Source: Bacteroidota bacterium (GTDB lineage Bacteria; Bacteroidota; Rhodothermia; Rhodothermales; UBA10348). Taken from it: DNA of 64,000 bases. The notes under the pieces were generated by a model. That model was not told the origin of the DNA. It saw nothing but the letters and a program-made list of their open reading frames with translations, and ran no database searches. Both the position numbers and the translations under genes were made by a program. The stretch is taken from positions 71,573-135,572 of the forward strand of contig JAJCYQ010000095.1 in assembly GCA_029262835.1 (NCBI GenBank). The letters are read 5' to 3'. Below, piece by piece: positions 1 through 8,714 of this stretch. Within the stretch, counting starts at the first letter, position 1; each line of letters opens with the position of its first letter.

Positions 1-736
1 CCGTACTCTCGTCGCCGGGGTCCGACTCCCCCACATCAGAGCCTTCTGCCACGGGACCCGAGGTCGGCTCGTCCGTGTCTACCGCAGGCTCTTCTTCAGC
101 CGCAGGCTCAGCTTCTGCCTTCGGTTCCGCTTCTGCCTTCGGTTCCGCTTCTGCCTCAGTGCTTTCCTGGACTTCCGCCCCGTCAGCTTCATCGGCAGAC
201 ACCTCTTCGCCCGGTGCCTCAGGGATCGGCTCTTCGTCCGTGGATGCCTCGACGGTAGGTGCAGACTCTTCGGGAGCAGGTTCTGAATCGGCAGCCTCCG
301 CCGCGATGGGCTCATCTATTGGGGGCTCCACCTCAGGTTCAGCCGGCTGCTCCGCTACCGGCTGCGCCGGCTCAGCATCTTCCACAGGCGCCGTGACCAC
401 ATCATGTTGCTCCGAATCAGATTCCTCCGTCTCGGGTACGGCTTCTACTTCGGGTTCGGATACCACGGCCGCAGCCGCCTCCTCCTGCTCTGGTTCGACC
501 TGTCGTGCAGCCCGCTTCTTACTGACCCGGTCTGCCTGCTCCTTGTCGTCTGCAAAGAAGGCAAGAAGGTCCTCATAGGCCTCTTCCGTCGTTATGGCTG
601 CATTGATTCCACTGCCGGCCAGTGCATCAGCATGGCCGGCGTCTTCCAACTGTTCAACAATGTGGTCAATGGATACATTGAGTTCCTTCGACACTTTGAA
701 GAGTCGGACTTTCTTGAATTTTTTTGTCGTAGCCAT
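1..736 (-). CDS. infB: Translation initiation factor IF-2, N-terminal part (gene continues beyond position 1)
   Basis: Absent from the ORF track because it runs off the window edge. Reverse complement from the ATG at 736 reads MATTKKFKKVRLFKVSKELNVSIDHIVEQLEDAGHADALAGSGINAAITTEEAYEDLL..., an IF2 N-terminal domain pattern. A long acidic E/P/A-rich linker follows. It lies directly downstream of nusA in the conserved rimP-nusA-infB order. Confidence 0.8.
   Translation of the reverse strand, partial: MATTKKFKKVRLFKVSKELNVSIDHIVEQLEDAGHADALAGSGINAAITTEEAYEDLLAFFADDKEQADRVSKKRAARQVEPEQEEAAAAVVSEPEVEAVPETEESDSEQHDVVTAPVEDAEPAQPVAEQPAEPEVEPPIDEPIAAEAADSEPAPEESAPTVEASTDEEPIPEAPGEEVSADEADGAEVQESTEAEAEPKAEAEPKAEAEPAAEEEPAVDTDEPTSGPVAEGSDVGESDPGDEST
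111..157 (-). repeat. 18-nt tandem repeat (2.6 copies, unit gcttctgccttcggttcc on + strand) inside infB, encoding (AEAEPK)n
   Basis: Direct reading: units at 111-128 and 129-146 are identical, with a partial third copy at 147-157. In frame with the acidic IF-2 linker. Confidence 0.85.
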
Positions 737-780
737 GAAATGGGTTTAGGGTCAGGAAGAAGAGCACGGATCAAACGGGG

Positions 781-2043
781 TCAAACGGTGTCACTTTCTT
801 CCTCCTCGAATTCTGCTTTGATGATATTCAATATAGCTGTAGCCTTTTCCTGTTCAATTCCGGAACGCCGGACAAGCTCGTCCCTGGACAGTTCGAGTAC
901 AGCCCGAGCCGTATCGCATCCAATGTCCCTCAACTTCTGGAGAAGATCCTCTGGAATTTCGTCGCCAAACTCGTCGATCTCAATATCCTCCTCTTCTTCT
1001 GCGATTTCCCGGTAGACGTCGATTTCATAGCCGGTGAGTGCGGAAGCCAGACGGATGTTGATACCGCCACGCCCAATGGCCTGACTGACCTCGTCGGCAC
1101 GAACGACGACCTTGGCCCGCGGAGGACTCAGTTCATCGTTGGTTATGACCTGGACGGGCGTGGCCGGCGACAATGCGCGCTTGATCAGGTCATGCTTGTC
1201 GTCCGTCCAGGAGACCACATCGATATTCTCATTTCCAAGCTCCCGAACGACGGCATGAATGCGCGATCCCTTCATGCCAACACAGGCTCCGACGGGATCA
1301 ATTCTCTCGTCATGGCTGATCACAGCCACTTTAGCCCGATCTCCGGGTTCGCGGACGATCTTTTTGATTTCCACGATGCCTTCGTCAATCTCCGGCACTT
1401 CCAATTCAAAAAGACGCTCCATGAAAAGCGGTGCCGCCCGCGAAATAATGATTTGCGGATTACCCGCGCTGTCCCGAGCAACCTCTTTAATGACGGCGCG
1501 CACCATGTCTCCCTTTCGGTAGCGATCCCTGAGGATCTGCTCCTGCCGAGGCATGATCAATTCGACCTTGTTGTGGATGACCAGCATTTCGCGACGCCGG
1601 ATCTGATAGATCTCACCGACGACAACCTCACCGACCAGGTCCTTGTACCAGTCGAAGACGTTGTCTTTCTCGATATCGCGGATACGTTGCGCAAATGTCT
1701 GGCGGGCGGTCATCACCGCGCGCCGACCGAAATCCTTGACGTCGATTTCTTCGGCTACTTCGTCTCCTTCTTCGAAATCCTCCTCAATAACTTTGGCCTC
1801 AGACTCCTCGATCTGCGTCACGGGATCTTCCACATCCCAATCGGCCACCACCTCACGGATGTGCAGGATCTGCATATCTCCGTGATCGGGATTGAAAATG
1901 ACCTCAAAGGAATCATCGGCACCATACCGCTTGCGGATCATTGCCTTGAAGACATCTTCAATGATCAACTGCAGGTTGTCCCGGTCGATTCCCTTGTCGT
2001 GGGCAATCTCGGCAAATGAGGAAACAAGGTCTGAACTTTGCAT
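781..2043 (-). CDS. nusA: Transcription termination/antitermination factor NusA
   Basis: 420-aa ORF with an ATG start at 2043. S1 and KH-type segments are present (GEIYQIRRREMLVIHN; GACVGMKGSRIHAVVRELGNENIDVV; AIGRGGINIRLASALTGYEIDV). Flanked by rimP and infB. Confidence 0.95.
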   Translation of the reverse strand: MQSSDLVSSFAEIAHDKGIDRDNLQLIIEDVFKAMIRKRYGADDSFEVIFNPDHGDMQILHIREVVADWDVEDPVTQIEESEAKVIEEDFEEGDEVAEEIDVKDFGRRAVMTARQTFAQRIRDIEKDNVFDWYKDLVGEVVVGEIYQIRRREMLVIHNKVELIMPRQEQILRDRYRKGDMVRAVIKEVARDSAGNPQIIISRAAPLFMERLFELEVPEIDEGIVEIKKIVREPGDRAKVAVISHDERIDPVGACVGMKGSRIHAVVRELGNENIDVVSWTDDKHDLIKRALSPATPVQVITNDELSPPRAKVVVRADEVSQAIGRGGINIRLASALTGYEIDVYREIAEEEEDIEIDEFGDEIPEDLLQKLRDIGCDTARAVLELSRDELVRRSGIEQEKATAILNIIKAEFEEEESDTV

Positions 2044-2054
2044 GAGTGTAGGCC

Positions 2055-2555
2055 CTACCAGGGCAACTTGATTCGTGCTTTGGAGATATCGTCATGCGTC
2101 AACGTCTGGCGTGCTGACCCTTTCAAATCCACCGTGATTCCAGATTCTTCGTCCACGGAGTCCAGGCGACCGGAGAGGACGGTCTCATCCGTCAGTGTGA
2201 TTTCGACCTCCTTCCCTACATGTCGGGCGAACTGTCTGGGCAGCAACAGGCAGCGATCTTCTCCTGGCGACGATACATTGAGCGCGTATCCACCCTTGAT
2301 GACGTCCTCTGCATCCATCAGAAAACCAAGTTCACGGCTGATCGCGGCCAAATCCGCCACACCTACCCCCTGGTCGCCATCAAGGTATACCTCCACGACA
2401 CGTGAGCCTTTTCGTCCCCGAACCACTACGTCCACCACATACACATCCTCGCGGCCGGCGATGACTTCCCCGACCAGGCGATCCACCGACGCAGCCAGAG
2501 CCGCGTCGCCGGTCAATGTGCTACTGTTGTGTCCGTATGTGCTCGTCTCTGGCAT
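2055..2555 (-). CDS. rimP: Ribosome maturation factor RimP
   Basis: Track ORF 2055..2633 trimmed to the internal ATG at 2555. The core YALNVSSPGEDRCLLLPRQFARHVGKEVEITL matches the RimP/YhbC SSPG-hD-R-L motif. Only an 11-nt gap separates it from nusA. The exact start is uncertain; an in-frame TTG lies further downstream. Confidence 0.85.
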   Translation of the reverse strand: MPETSTYGHNSSTLTGDAALAASVDRLVGEVIAGREDVYVVDVVVRGRKGSRVVEVYLDGDQGVGVADLAAISRELGFLMDAEDVIKGGYALNVSSPGEDRCLLLPRQFARHVGKEVEITLTDETVLSGRLDSVDEESGITVDLKGSARQTLTHDDISKARIKLPW

Positions 2556-2587
2556 GTTACGTGCGAGATGACAAGAGGGCCCTGTGC

Positions 2588-2619
2588 AAAAAACGCCCGG
2601 TCCGAAGCTCGGACGGGCG
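2588..2619 (-). terminator. Rho-independent terminator-like hairpin plus U6 between nadB and rimP
   Basis: On the minus strand: CGCCCGTCCGA-gct-TCGGACCGGGCG (11-bp stem with a one-base bulge), followed by TTTTTT (+ strand A-run at 2588-2593). It lies 153 nt after the nadB stop and 33 nt before the rimP ATG. Confidence 0.55.
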
Positions 2620-2683
2620 CCGCCAGAATCCACTCATCAACATCGTGTGCGGCAGGACCGCTTTTGAATGTCTTTGAATACGG

Positions 2684-2713
2684 AATATACGTTACAAGGC
2701 GTACATCATGCAA
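2684..2713 (-). promoter_or_regulatory. Candidate sigma70-type promoter (TTGCAT-N18-TATATT) for the rimP-nusA-infB operon
   Basis: Minus strand reads TTGCAT (2713-2708), an 18-nt spacer, then TATATT (2689-2684). It sits between the nadB stop and the hairpin. By-eye match only; the promoter consensus of this lineage is unknown to me. Confidence 0.3.
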
Positions 2714-2771
2714 TTCCCGTAACCGGTCGAGAATGGCCGTGTCTGGTCACAGGGACATCTTCAACGCGGTT

Positions 2772-4358
2772 TCAAATGATGGTATCATGAAGAAGGGCGT
2801 CGCGCGTTCCGGGAAAGTCGGTCATATAATGCAGACCACGACTTTCTTGTCGCAGGGATGCGGATTCAATGATGAGATAAGCGATGGCAATCAGGTTGCG
2901 CAGTTCGCAAAGAGACCGCGTCACCCGGGCCTTACGGAAAAAGTCCTCCGTTTCCTCGTACAGCACCCGGGTTCTTCGGCGGGCGCGGTCGAGTCGATGC
3001 GTGGATCTGACAATACCCACGTAATCCCACATGACACGCCGGAGTTCATCGCGGTTATGGGATACCAGGATCCACTCATCTGGCAGGGAGGTTCCTTCTG
3101 CGTCCCAGTCCGGCACACGGTCATTGATTGGCACCTGGCTGTCTGGCTGCCTCGCGGCGACGGCCGCCCGGACTGAGACTACGAGCGCTTCCAACAGGGA
3201 GTTGGATGCCAGTCGATTCGCGCCATGCAACCCGGTACAGGCTACCTCGCCACAGGCAAAGAGTCCTCGAATGGATGTCTGTCCGTTGACATCCGTTTTG
3301 ACGCCACCGCACATGTAATGGGCAGCCGGGACGACCGGAATACCGTCCGTCGCGAGATCCAGACCAAACTGCTCACACGTAGCTGCAATCATCGGAAAAT
3401 GATCCCGCACCTCGTCACTGTGCAGGTGGGCAAGGCTGAGCAACACGTGCGTATGTCCGTGGCGTTTCAACTGGTCATCAATGGCCCGAGCCACAATATC
3501 GCGTGGGGCCAACTCCCCCCGCTCGTCATATTCCGACATGAACCTCTGGCCGTCCAGGTTGACCAGGTGCGCGCCCGCTCCCCGTACCGCCTCGGAGATC
3601 AGAAAACGGCTGGCCTCCGGATGGTACAACGCCGTCGGGTGAAACTGTACAAACTCCATGTTCGCTACACGCGCTTTCGCCCTGTAGGCCATGGCCATTC
3701 CGTCTCCCGTTGCAATACCCGGGTTCGTCGTGTGGAGGTACACCTGACCAGCACCACCCGTAGCCAAAATCGTGACCCCTGAGAGGAACGTCAGGACCCG
3801 ATCTTCACGTTCATCAAGAACATACGCGCCGAAGCAGGTGATGTCATTCCGCGAGCGGGTCACTTTTTCCCCGAGGTGATGCTGCGTAATCAGTTCCAGG
3901 GCAAAGTGGTAATCGTATACCGTGATATTGCTGTCCGCATGTACACGCCCCAGGAGCGAGTCCTCCACCTCCCGTCCGGTCGCGTCGGCGGCATGAACTA
4001 TCCGGCTGCGCTCGTGGCCCCCCTCGCGGCCCAGATGCAACGCGCCGTTCTGCTCTGTGAACCGCGCACCGCCCTTCTGCAACCTGTCGATCTGCTCCGG
4101 TCCCTCGGCCACGATGGTACGGACCACATCCTCACGGCACAGCCCAGCACCGGCAATGAGCGTGTCGCGCACATGACTTTCAAACGAATCGGCCGCATCC
4201 ATGACAGCCGCAATACCGCCCTGGGCATAATTTGTGTTCGATTCTGACGCCTGTGACTTCGTGACAATGGCTACCCGTCCATGCTGCGCCAGTTCGAGCG
4301 CCATGGACAAACCGGCCGCTCCGCTTCCAAGAATCAGGTAGTCGACGTGTTTGCGCAT
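2772..4358 (-). CDS. nadB: L-aspartate oxidase
   Basis: Track ORF 2772..4403 trimmed to the ATG at 4358 (MRKHVDYLILGSGAAGLS...). Diagnostic stretches are YAQGGIAAV, DTLIAGAGLC and REGGHERSRIVHAADATGREVE. The trimmed start sits 2 nt after the prfB stop. Confidence 0.9.
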   Translation of the reverse strand: MRKHVDYLILGSGAAGLSMALELAQHGRVAIVTKSQASESNTNYAQGGIAAVMDAADSFESHVRDTLIAGAGLCREDVVRTIVAEGPEQIDRLQKGGARFTEQNGALHLGREGGHERSRIVHAADATGREVEDSLLGRVHADSNITVYDYHFALELITQHHLGEKVTRSRNDITCFGAYVLDEREDRVLTFLSGVTILATGGAGQVYLHTTNPGIATGDGMAMAYRAKARVANMEFVQFHPTALYHPEASRFLISEAVRGAGAHLVNLDGQRFMSEYDERGELAPRDIVARAIDDQLKRHGHTHVLLSLAHLHSDEVRDHFPMIAATCEQFGLDLATDGIPVVPAAHYMCGGVKTDVNGQTSIRGLFACGEVACTGLHGANRLASNSLLEALVVSVRAAVAARQPDSQVPINDRVPDWDAEGTSLPDEWILVSHNRDELRRVMWDYVGIVRSTHRLDRARRRTRVLYEETEDFFRKARVTRSLCELRNLIAIAYLIIESASLRQESRGLHYMTDFPGTRDALLHDTII

Positions 4359-4359
4359 G

Positions 4360-5461
4360 TCAGTTCTGCATGAGCCAGGCGCGGATAAGTTCGTCCAGAT
4401 CACCTGACATCACCGCATCTACGTCGGTAAGCTTTGTCTCTGTCCGGTGATCATTCACCATCGTATACGGCTGAAATACGTAGGACCGGATCTGAGAACC
4501 CCACTCGATCTTTTTCTTACTGCCCTCGACGACGCTTTTGGCCGCCTCCTGTATTTCCTGTTCCAGCCGGTACACACGCGATTTGAGCATGGTCATGGCG
4601 CGCTCCTTGTTCTGGAGCTGACTGCGTTCCTCGGTACATTCGGCCACGACCCGCTCTTCCCGGCCATCCGACAGCGTTCCGACCCAGATGTAGCGCACGC
4701 CAGTTTCCACCTTGTTTACATTCTGCCCACCCTTACCGCCGCTGCGGAACGTCTGCAGCTCGATATCATCCGGTTTCAGGTTGATCTCGATGGTATCGTC
4801 AATTTCGGGATAGACGAACACAGACGAAAATGACGTGTGACGCCGGCCACTCGAGTCGAATGGACTGATTCGGACGAGCCGATGCACACCCGTCTCGGCT
4901 TTAAGGTAGCCGTAGGCCATGGGACCAGCTATGTGCAGCGTGGCGCTTTTGATGCCGGCCACGTCCCCTTCCTGATATTCCAGGAGATGCACATTAAAGC
5001 CGTTCTTTTCCCCCCAACGGGTATACATGGTGACCAGCATATCGGCCCAGTCCTGGCTTTCCGTGCCGCCAGCACCCGGGTGGATATTTATAATCGCGTT
5101 CCGATCATCGTCTGGACCGTCGAGCATCTGCCGGAGCTCAAGAGCCGAGAGTTCTTTCTCCAGAGGAACCATTTCAGCTTCCAACTCGGCATCTAGCGAC
5201 TCTCCCTCCTCCTCGGCCAGTTCGAGGAGCGTCTCAATATTCTCCTTCCGCTCCAGAACCCCATTCCACGACTCTATCCAGTCGTTATGGACGGATATTT
5301 CCTTTTCTACCTGTTTGGCTGTTCGCGTGTCGTCCCAGAACGATGGGTCGAGACGCTTCTGGGACAATTCATCGCGACGCTCTGTGTGAGAGTCGATGTC
5401 AAAGATACCTCCCGAGCGTGTCCACACGCTCTAACAGGTTACGTACGTTCTGGATATCCAT
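4360..5461 (-). CDS. prfB: Peptide chain release factor 2, requiring a programmed +1 frameshift
   Basis: Frame 0 runs from the ATG at 5461: MDIQNVRNLLERVDTLGRYL, then TGA at 5401-5399. The +1 frame continues from GAC (5400-5398) as DIDSHTERRDELSQKRLDPSFWDD... to the stop at 4360. The body carries RF2 hallmarks: SPF (RISPFDS), GGQ (SGGKGGQNVNK) and GWGSQIRSYV. The total is about 366 aa, as expected for RF2. Confidence 0.9.
5398..5413 (-). promoter_or_regulatory. RF2 autoregulatory +1 frameshift site (GGGAGG TAT CTT TGA C)
   Basis: Read directly on the minus strand: an SD-like GGGAGG, then a 3-nt spacer (TAT), then the slippery CTT followed by TGA C. This is the same arrangement as the E. coli prfB site (AGGGGG TAT CTT TGA C). 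Confidence 0.85.
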
Positions 5462-5535
5462 TTTTTCTCCGAAGTAATCTGGACGCAAGAAAACGCCCTT
5501 CAATGAAAATAAGTCTACAATCGGCGTCATCCGGT

Positions 5536-5877
5536 CTACGATGTCTGCAGGTCTCGAAGGCCTTTTCCGAGCCATCCACCTGCAGAACCGAGAATAGCAG
5601 CTATGAGTAGCGTCGCTACGACGGTGACAACCGGTGGAAGGTTTCCGAGTAGATCGGCAACAACGCGCCACATTTCCTGCGTCTCCTGGGGAGCCTGCAT
5701 CCAGGACCAGATAATCAGTCCTCCCCAACCGATTGCGAGGCAGATTGCACCGGCCAAAGGTCCCCGCTTTTCGACCAGGAATCCGGCCAGAATGGCACCG
5801 AGAGGGCTCCATATCCACCCCAGAAATACATGCGCCGCAACGGCAATCAGTACGGCGGCGGGCATCATTCGGATCAT
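5536..5877 (-). CDS. Small hydrophobic membrane protein, unknown function (~113 aa)
   Basis: C-terminal part of track ORF 5536..6105, starting at the ATG at 5877. Sequence: MIRMMPAAVLIAVAAHVFLGWIWSPLGAILAGFLV...LAGAICLAIGWGGLIIWSWM...VVTVVATLLIAAILGSAGGWL, which suggests 3-4 TM segments. Its ATG overlaps the aminotransferase TGA (ATGA at 5874-5877). Confidence 0.55.
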   Translation of the reverse strand: MIRMMPAAVLIAVAAHVFLGWIWSPLGAILAGFLVEKRGPLAGAICLAIGWGGLIIWSWMQAPQETQEMWRVVADLLGNLPPVVTVVATLLIAAILGSAGGWLGKGLRDLQTS

Positions 5878-7079
5878 GCCGAGACGCCCCGCCTGGCCGC
5901 GTCCTGCCTGCGATTGGCGAAAGCGGAAATACGCTGGACGGCTTCCTGGATATTCTCCATGGAGTTGGCGTAGGAGCACCTGACGTACCCCGCACCACTC
6001 GGCCCGAACGCATCTCCCGGAACCACGGCCACGTTTTCTTCCTCCAGGAGCTGCTGTGCAAACGCCTCCGAGTCCAATCCAGTTGAGCGAATATCCGGGA
6101 AACAATAGAACGCGCCCTCGGGCTCAAACGTGGGAAGTCCTGCGGACCGAAAGCCGTCTACAATGAAGCGGCGGCGGCGATCATACTCGAGACGCATGCG
6201 CTCCACATCCTGTTGGCAATGCGTCAGCGCGGCCAGCGCGCCCCACTGACTCGCTGTCGGAGCCGACATGATGATATACTGATGCAGTTTATACATGGCT
6301 TCATAGACGGGCTTCGGTGCACATACATACCCGACGCGCCAACCTGTCATGGCGTACGCCTTGGAGAAACCGCCCAGCAGTACGGTGCGCTCACGCAGCG
6401 CACCAATCGAAGGTAGGCAGGTATGTCCTCGCTCATACGCTTCTCCATAAACCAGCCTGTCGTAGATCTCATCCGAAAGCACCACAAGATCATGCCGCTC
6501 AACTACTTCCGCAATTTCCTCCAGAAACTCCCGGCGCAGCACGGCCCCTGTGGGATTACTCGGGTAGGCCAGAAACAACATTTTCGTTCGCGGCGTGATG
6601 CGGGACTCGATATCCTCTGCCGTGACCTGGAAATCGTTCTCTACCGATGTGGGTACGTAGACCACACGGGCGCCTGCAAAAATGGCGGTCGGACCGTAGG
6701 CCACGAAGCAGGGCTCCGGTATGAGAATTTCGTCACCCGGGTTGAGAAGCGCCAGCATGGCGAGCTGGACGGCCTCTGAAACACCGACAGTCGTTAGTAT
6801 TTCTGAACCAGGGTCGTACGACACGCCATAGCGCGTCGCCAATTCGTGCGAAACCGCTTCACGCAGTTCCATGATTCCCGCATTGGACGTATACCCCGTC
6901 AGACCACGGTCCATGGACTGCTTCGCAGCCTCCAGAACAGGTGCTGGCGAGACAAAATCAGGCTCACCAATGCCGAGCGTGATTACGTCCTTCATGGTCG
7001 CCGCAATGTCGAAGAAACGTCGTATGCCACTCGGTGGCACTTCCTTCACGCGTTCAGATAGCCGGTTTGAAAAGTCCAT
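5874..7079 (-). CDS. Class I/II PLP-dependent aminotransferase (AspC/PatA-like)
   Basis: Track ORF trimmed to the ATG at 7079 (MDFSNRLSERVKEVPPSGIRRFFD...). Other motifs are LGIGEPDF, AYPSNPTG and the PLP-lysine motif GGFSKAYAMTGWRVGY. Confidence 0.9.
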   Translation of the reverse strand: MDFSNRLSERVKEVPPSGIRRFFDIAATMKDVITLGIGEPDFVSPAPVLEAAKQSMDRGLTGYTSNAGIMELREAVSHELATRYGVSYDPGSEILTTVGVSEAVQLAMLALLNPGDEILIPEPCFVAYGPTAIFAGARVVYVPTSVENDFQVTAEDIESRITPRTKMLFLAYPSNPTGAVLRREFLEEIAEVVERHDLVVLSDEIYDRLVYGEAYERGHTCLPSIGALRERTVLLGGFSKAYAMTGWRVGYVCAPKPVYEAMYKLHQYIIMSAPTASQWGALAALTHCQQDVERMRLEYDRRRRFIVDGFRSAGLPTFEPEGAFYCFPDIRSTGLDSEAFAQQLLEEENVAVVPGDAFGPSGAGYVRCSYANSMENIQEAVQRISAFANRRQDAARRGVSA

Positions 7080-7220
7080 AGACGAAAAGCAGGATCCAGA
7101 TGGTGCAGAACTGCCAATATACATCCCTGCGTGACATCTGTCTTCCCCTGATCTTTGATTGATGCGCTGGTGTGCGGCAGGTAATTTGCCTTTTTTACCG
7201 ACAATCAATCCGGTCTCGAC

Positions 7221-8714
7221 ATGAAGGACGTCATTACCCAGAATCTCATTGGCGGCGCCTGGCAGGACAGCGCCTCCGGTGCCACTTTCAAGAACATCAA
7301 CCCGGCCCGGAATTCCGACGAAATCGGTTCATTTCCGGAGTCCGGTGTGGAAGATGTGGACGATGCCGTTCGTGCCGCACGGAGTGCCTTCAAAACGTGG
7401 AGCCGCATGCCTGCCCCGGCCCGCGGAGACATTCTGCGCCGAATTGGAGATTTGCTGACCGAGCACAAGAGCGCGTTGGCGTTCCAGATGACGCGTGAGA
7501 TGGGAAAACCGTTCTTCGAAACCAAGGGTGACGTCCAGGAAGCCATTGACACGGCGTACTACGCAGCCACCGAAACGCGCCGCCTGTTCGGACACACGGT
7601 CCCAAGTGAACTACCGAACAAGTTCAACATGAGTATCCGCCGCCCAATCGGCGTGGTGGGCGTCATTACGGCGTGGAATTTCCCGGTCGCCGTACCCACG
7701 TGGAAAATGTTTCCCGCGCTGGCTGCTGGCAATACCGTAGTCTTCAAGCCCAGTGAGGACGCTCCGAACTCCGGTGCGCTGCTGACGAAGATCATGGTAG
7801 ATGCGGGGCTCCCCGATGGCGTATTGAACCTGGTGCAGGGAGGTGCCGGTGCAGGAAGCGCGCTCGTCGAGCATCCTGACGTGAATGCCGTGTCCTTTAC
7901 GGGCTCCACCGCGACGGGCTCTAAAATCGGCGAAGCATGTGGACGTATGCACAAACGATTCTCCCTGGAGATGGGCGGAAAAAATCCGGCCATTGTCATG
8001 GCCGATGCCGACCTGGATCTCGTGCTGGAAGGGCTGGTCTGGGGGGCATTCGGAACCACGGGCCAGCGCTGCACGGCAACGTCCCGCCTCATTGTGCATG
8101 AGGATGTCCATGACGAACTGGTCTCCCGCCTCAAGCAACGCGCCGATGCTCTTCGTATCGGTTACGGAAACGAAGATAAAGTAGAAATGGGCCCTGTCAT
8201 CAACCGCAAAGGGGCAGAAAAAATACTGCACTACCTTGAAATCGGTAAAGAGGAAGGCGCTACAGTCTACGCAGGCGGTAAGCGCGCGACCGGCGCAGAC
8301 GTCGACGATGGCTGGTTCATCGAGCCGACGATTCTGACAGACGTTACACCTGAGATGCGGGTTGCCCGCGAAGAAATCTTTGGGCCCGTTTTGTCTGTCC
8401 TCAAGATTTCCTCATACGAGGAGGCCATCGACGTGGCCAACAACATCGAGTATGGCCTCTCGTCGGCCATCTACACCAAGGACGTCTCCATGGCATTCCG
8501 CGCCATGCATGACATTGAAGCGGGAATTACGTATATCAACGGACCAACCATCGGCGCCGAAGCCCATATGCCGTTCGGCGGCGTAAAGGGTACCGGTAAT
8601 GGTCACCGCGAGGGTGGCTGGGAGGTTTTCGAGTTCTATACCGAGACCAAGACCGTCTACGTGGACTACAGCGGCCGCCTGCAGAAGGCCCAGATAGACA
8701 ACGTCGAGGACTGA
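7221..8714 (+). CDS. NAD(P)-dependent aldehyde dehydrogenase
   Basis: 497-aa ORF with ALDH motifs: FKPSEDAP, LEMGGKNP, the catalytic Cys in GQRCTATSR, and EEIFGPV. Substrate not assignable from sequence alone. Confidence 0.9.
   Translation: MKDVITQNLIGGAWQDSASGATFKNINPARNSDEIGSFPESGVEDVDDAVRAARSAFKTWSRMPAPARGDILRRIGDLLTEHKSALAFQMTREMGKPFFETKGDVQEAIDTAYYAATETRRLFGHTVPSELPNKFNMSIRRPIGVVGVITAWNFPVAVPTWKMFPALAAGNTVVFKPSEDAPNSGALLTKIMVDAGLPDGVLNLVQGGAGAGSALVEHPDVNAVSFTGSTATGSKIGEACGRMHKRFSLEMGGKNPAIVMADADLDLVLEGLVWGAFGTTGQRCTATSRLIVHEDVHDELVSRLKQRADALRIGYGNEDKVEMGPVINRKGAEKILHYLEIGKEEGATVYAGGKRATGADVDDGWFIEPTILTDVTPEMRVAREEIFGPVLSVLKISSYEEAIDVANNIEYGLSSAIYTKDVSMAFRAMHDIEAGITYINGPTIGAEAHMPFGGVKGTGNGHREGGWEVFEFYTETKTVYVDYSGRLQKAQIDNVED

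Noticed and set aside
75-578. 167-aa Ser/Ala/Gly-rich ORF on the + strand (MSTAGSSSAAGSASAFGSASAFG...)
   Set aside because: It is the antisense mirror of the acidic E/A/P-rich IF-2 linker on the minus strand. Its low-complexity composition and repeats are explained by infB, and it has no independent coding signal.
1192-2019. 275-aa + strand ORF opposite nusA
   Set aside because: This is a shadow ORF, typical of high-GC DNA. It lies fully inside the well-supported nusA gene, and its translation has no recognisable motifs.
5399-6127. 242-aa minus-strand ORF rich in Arg/Cys/Trp
   Set aside because: Only its last 20 codons are real; they are the frame-0 N-terminus of RF2 before the frameshift. 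The rest overlaps the small membrane protein gene and the aminotransferase 3' end out of frame.
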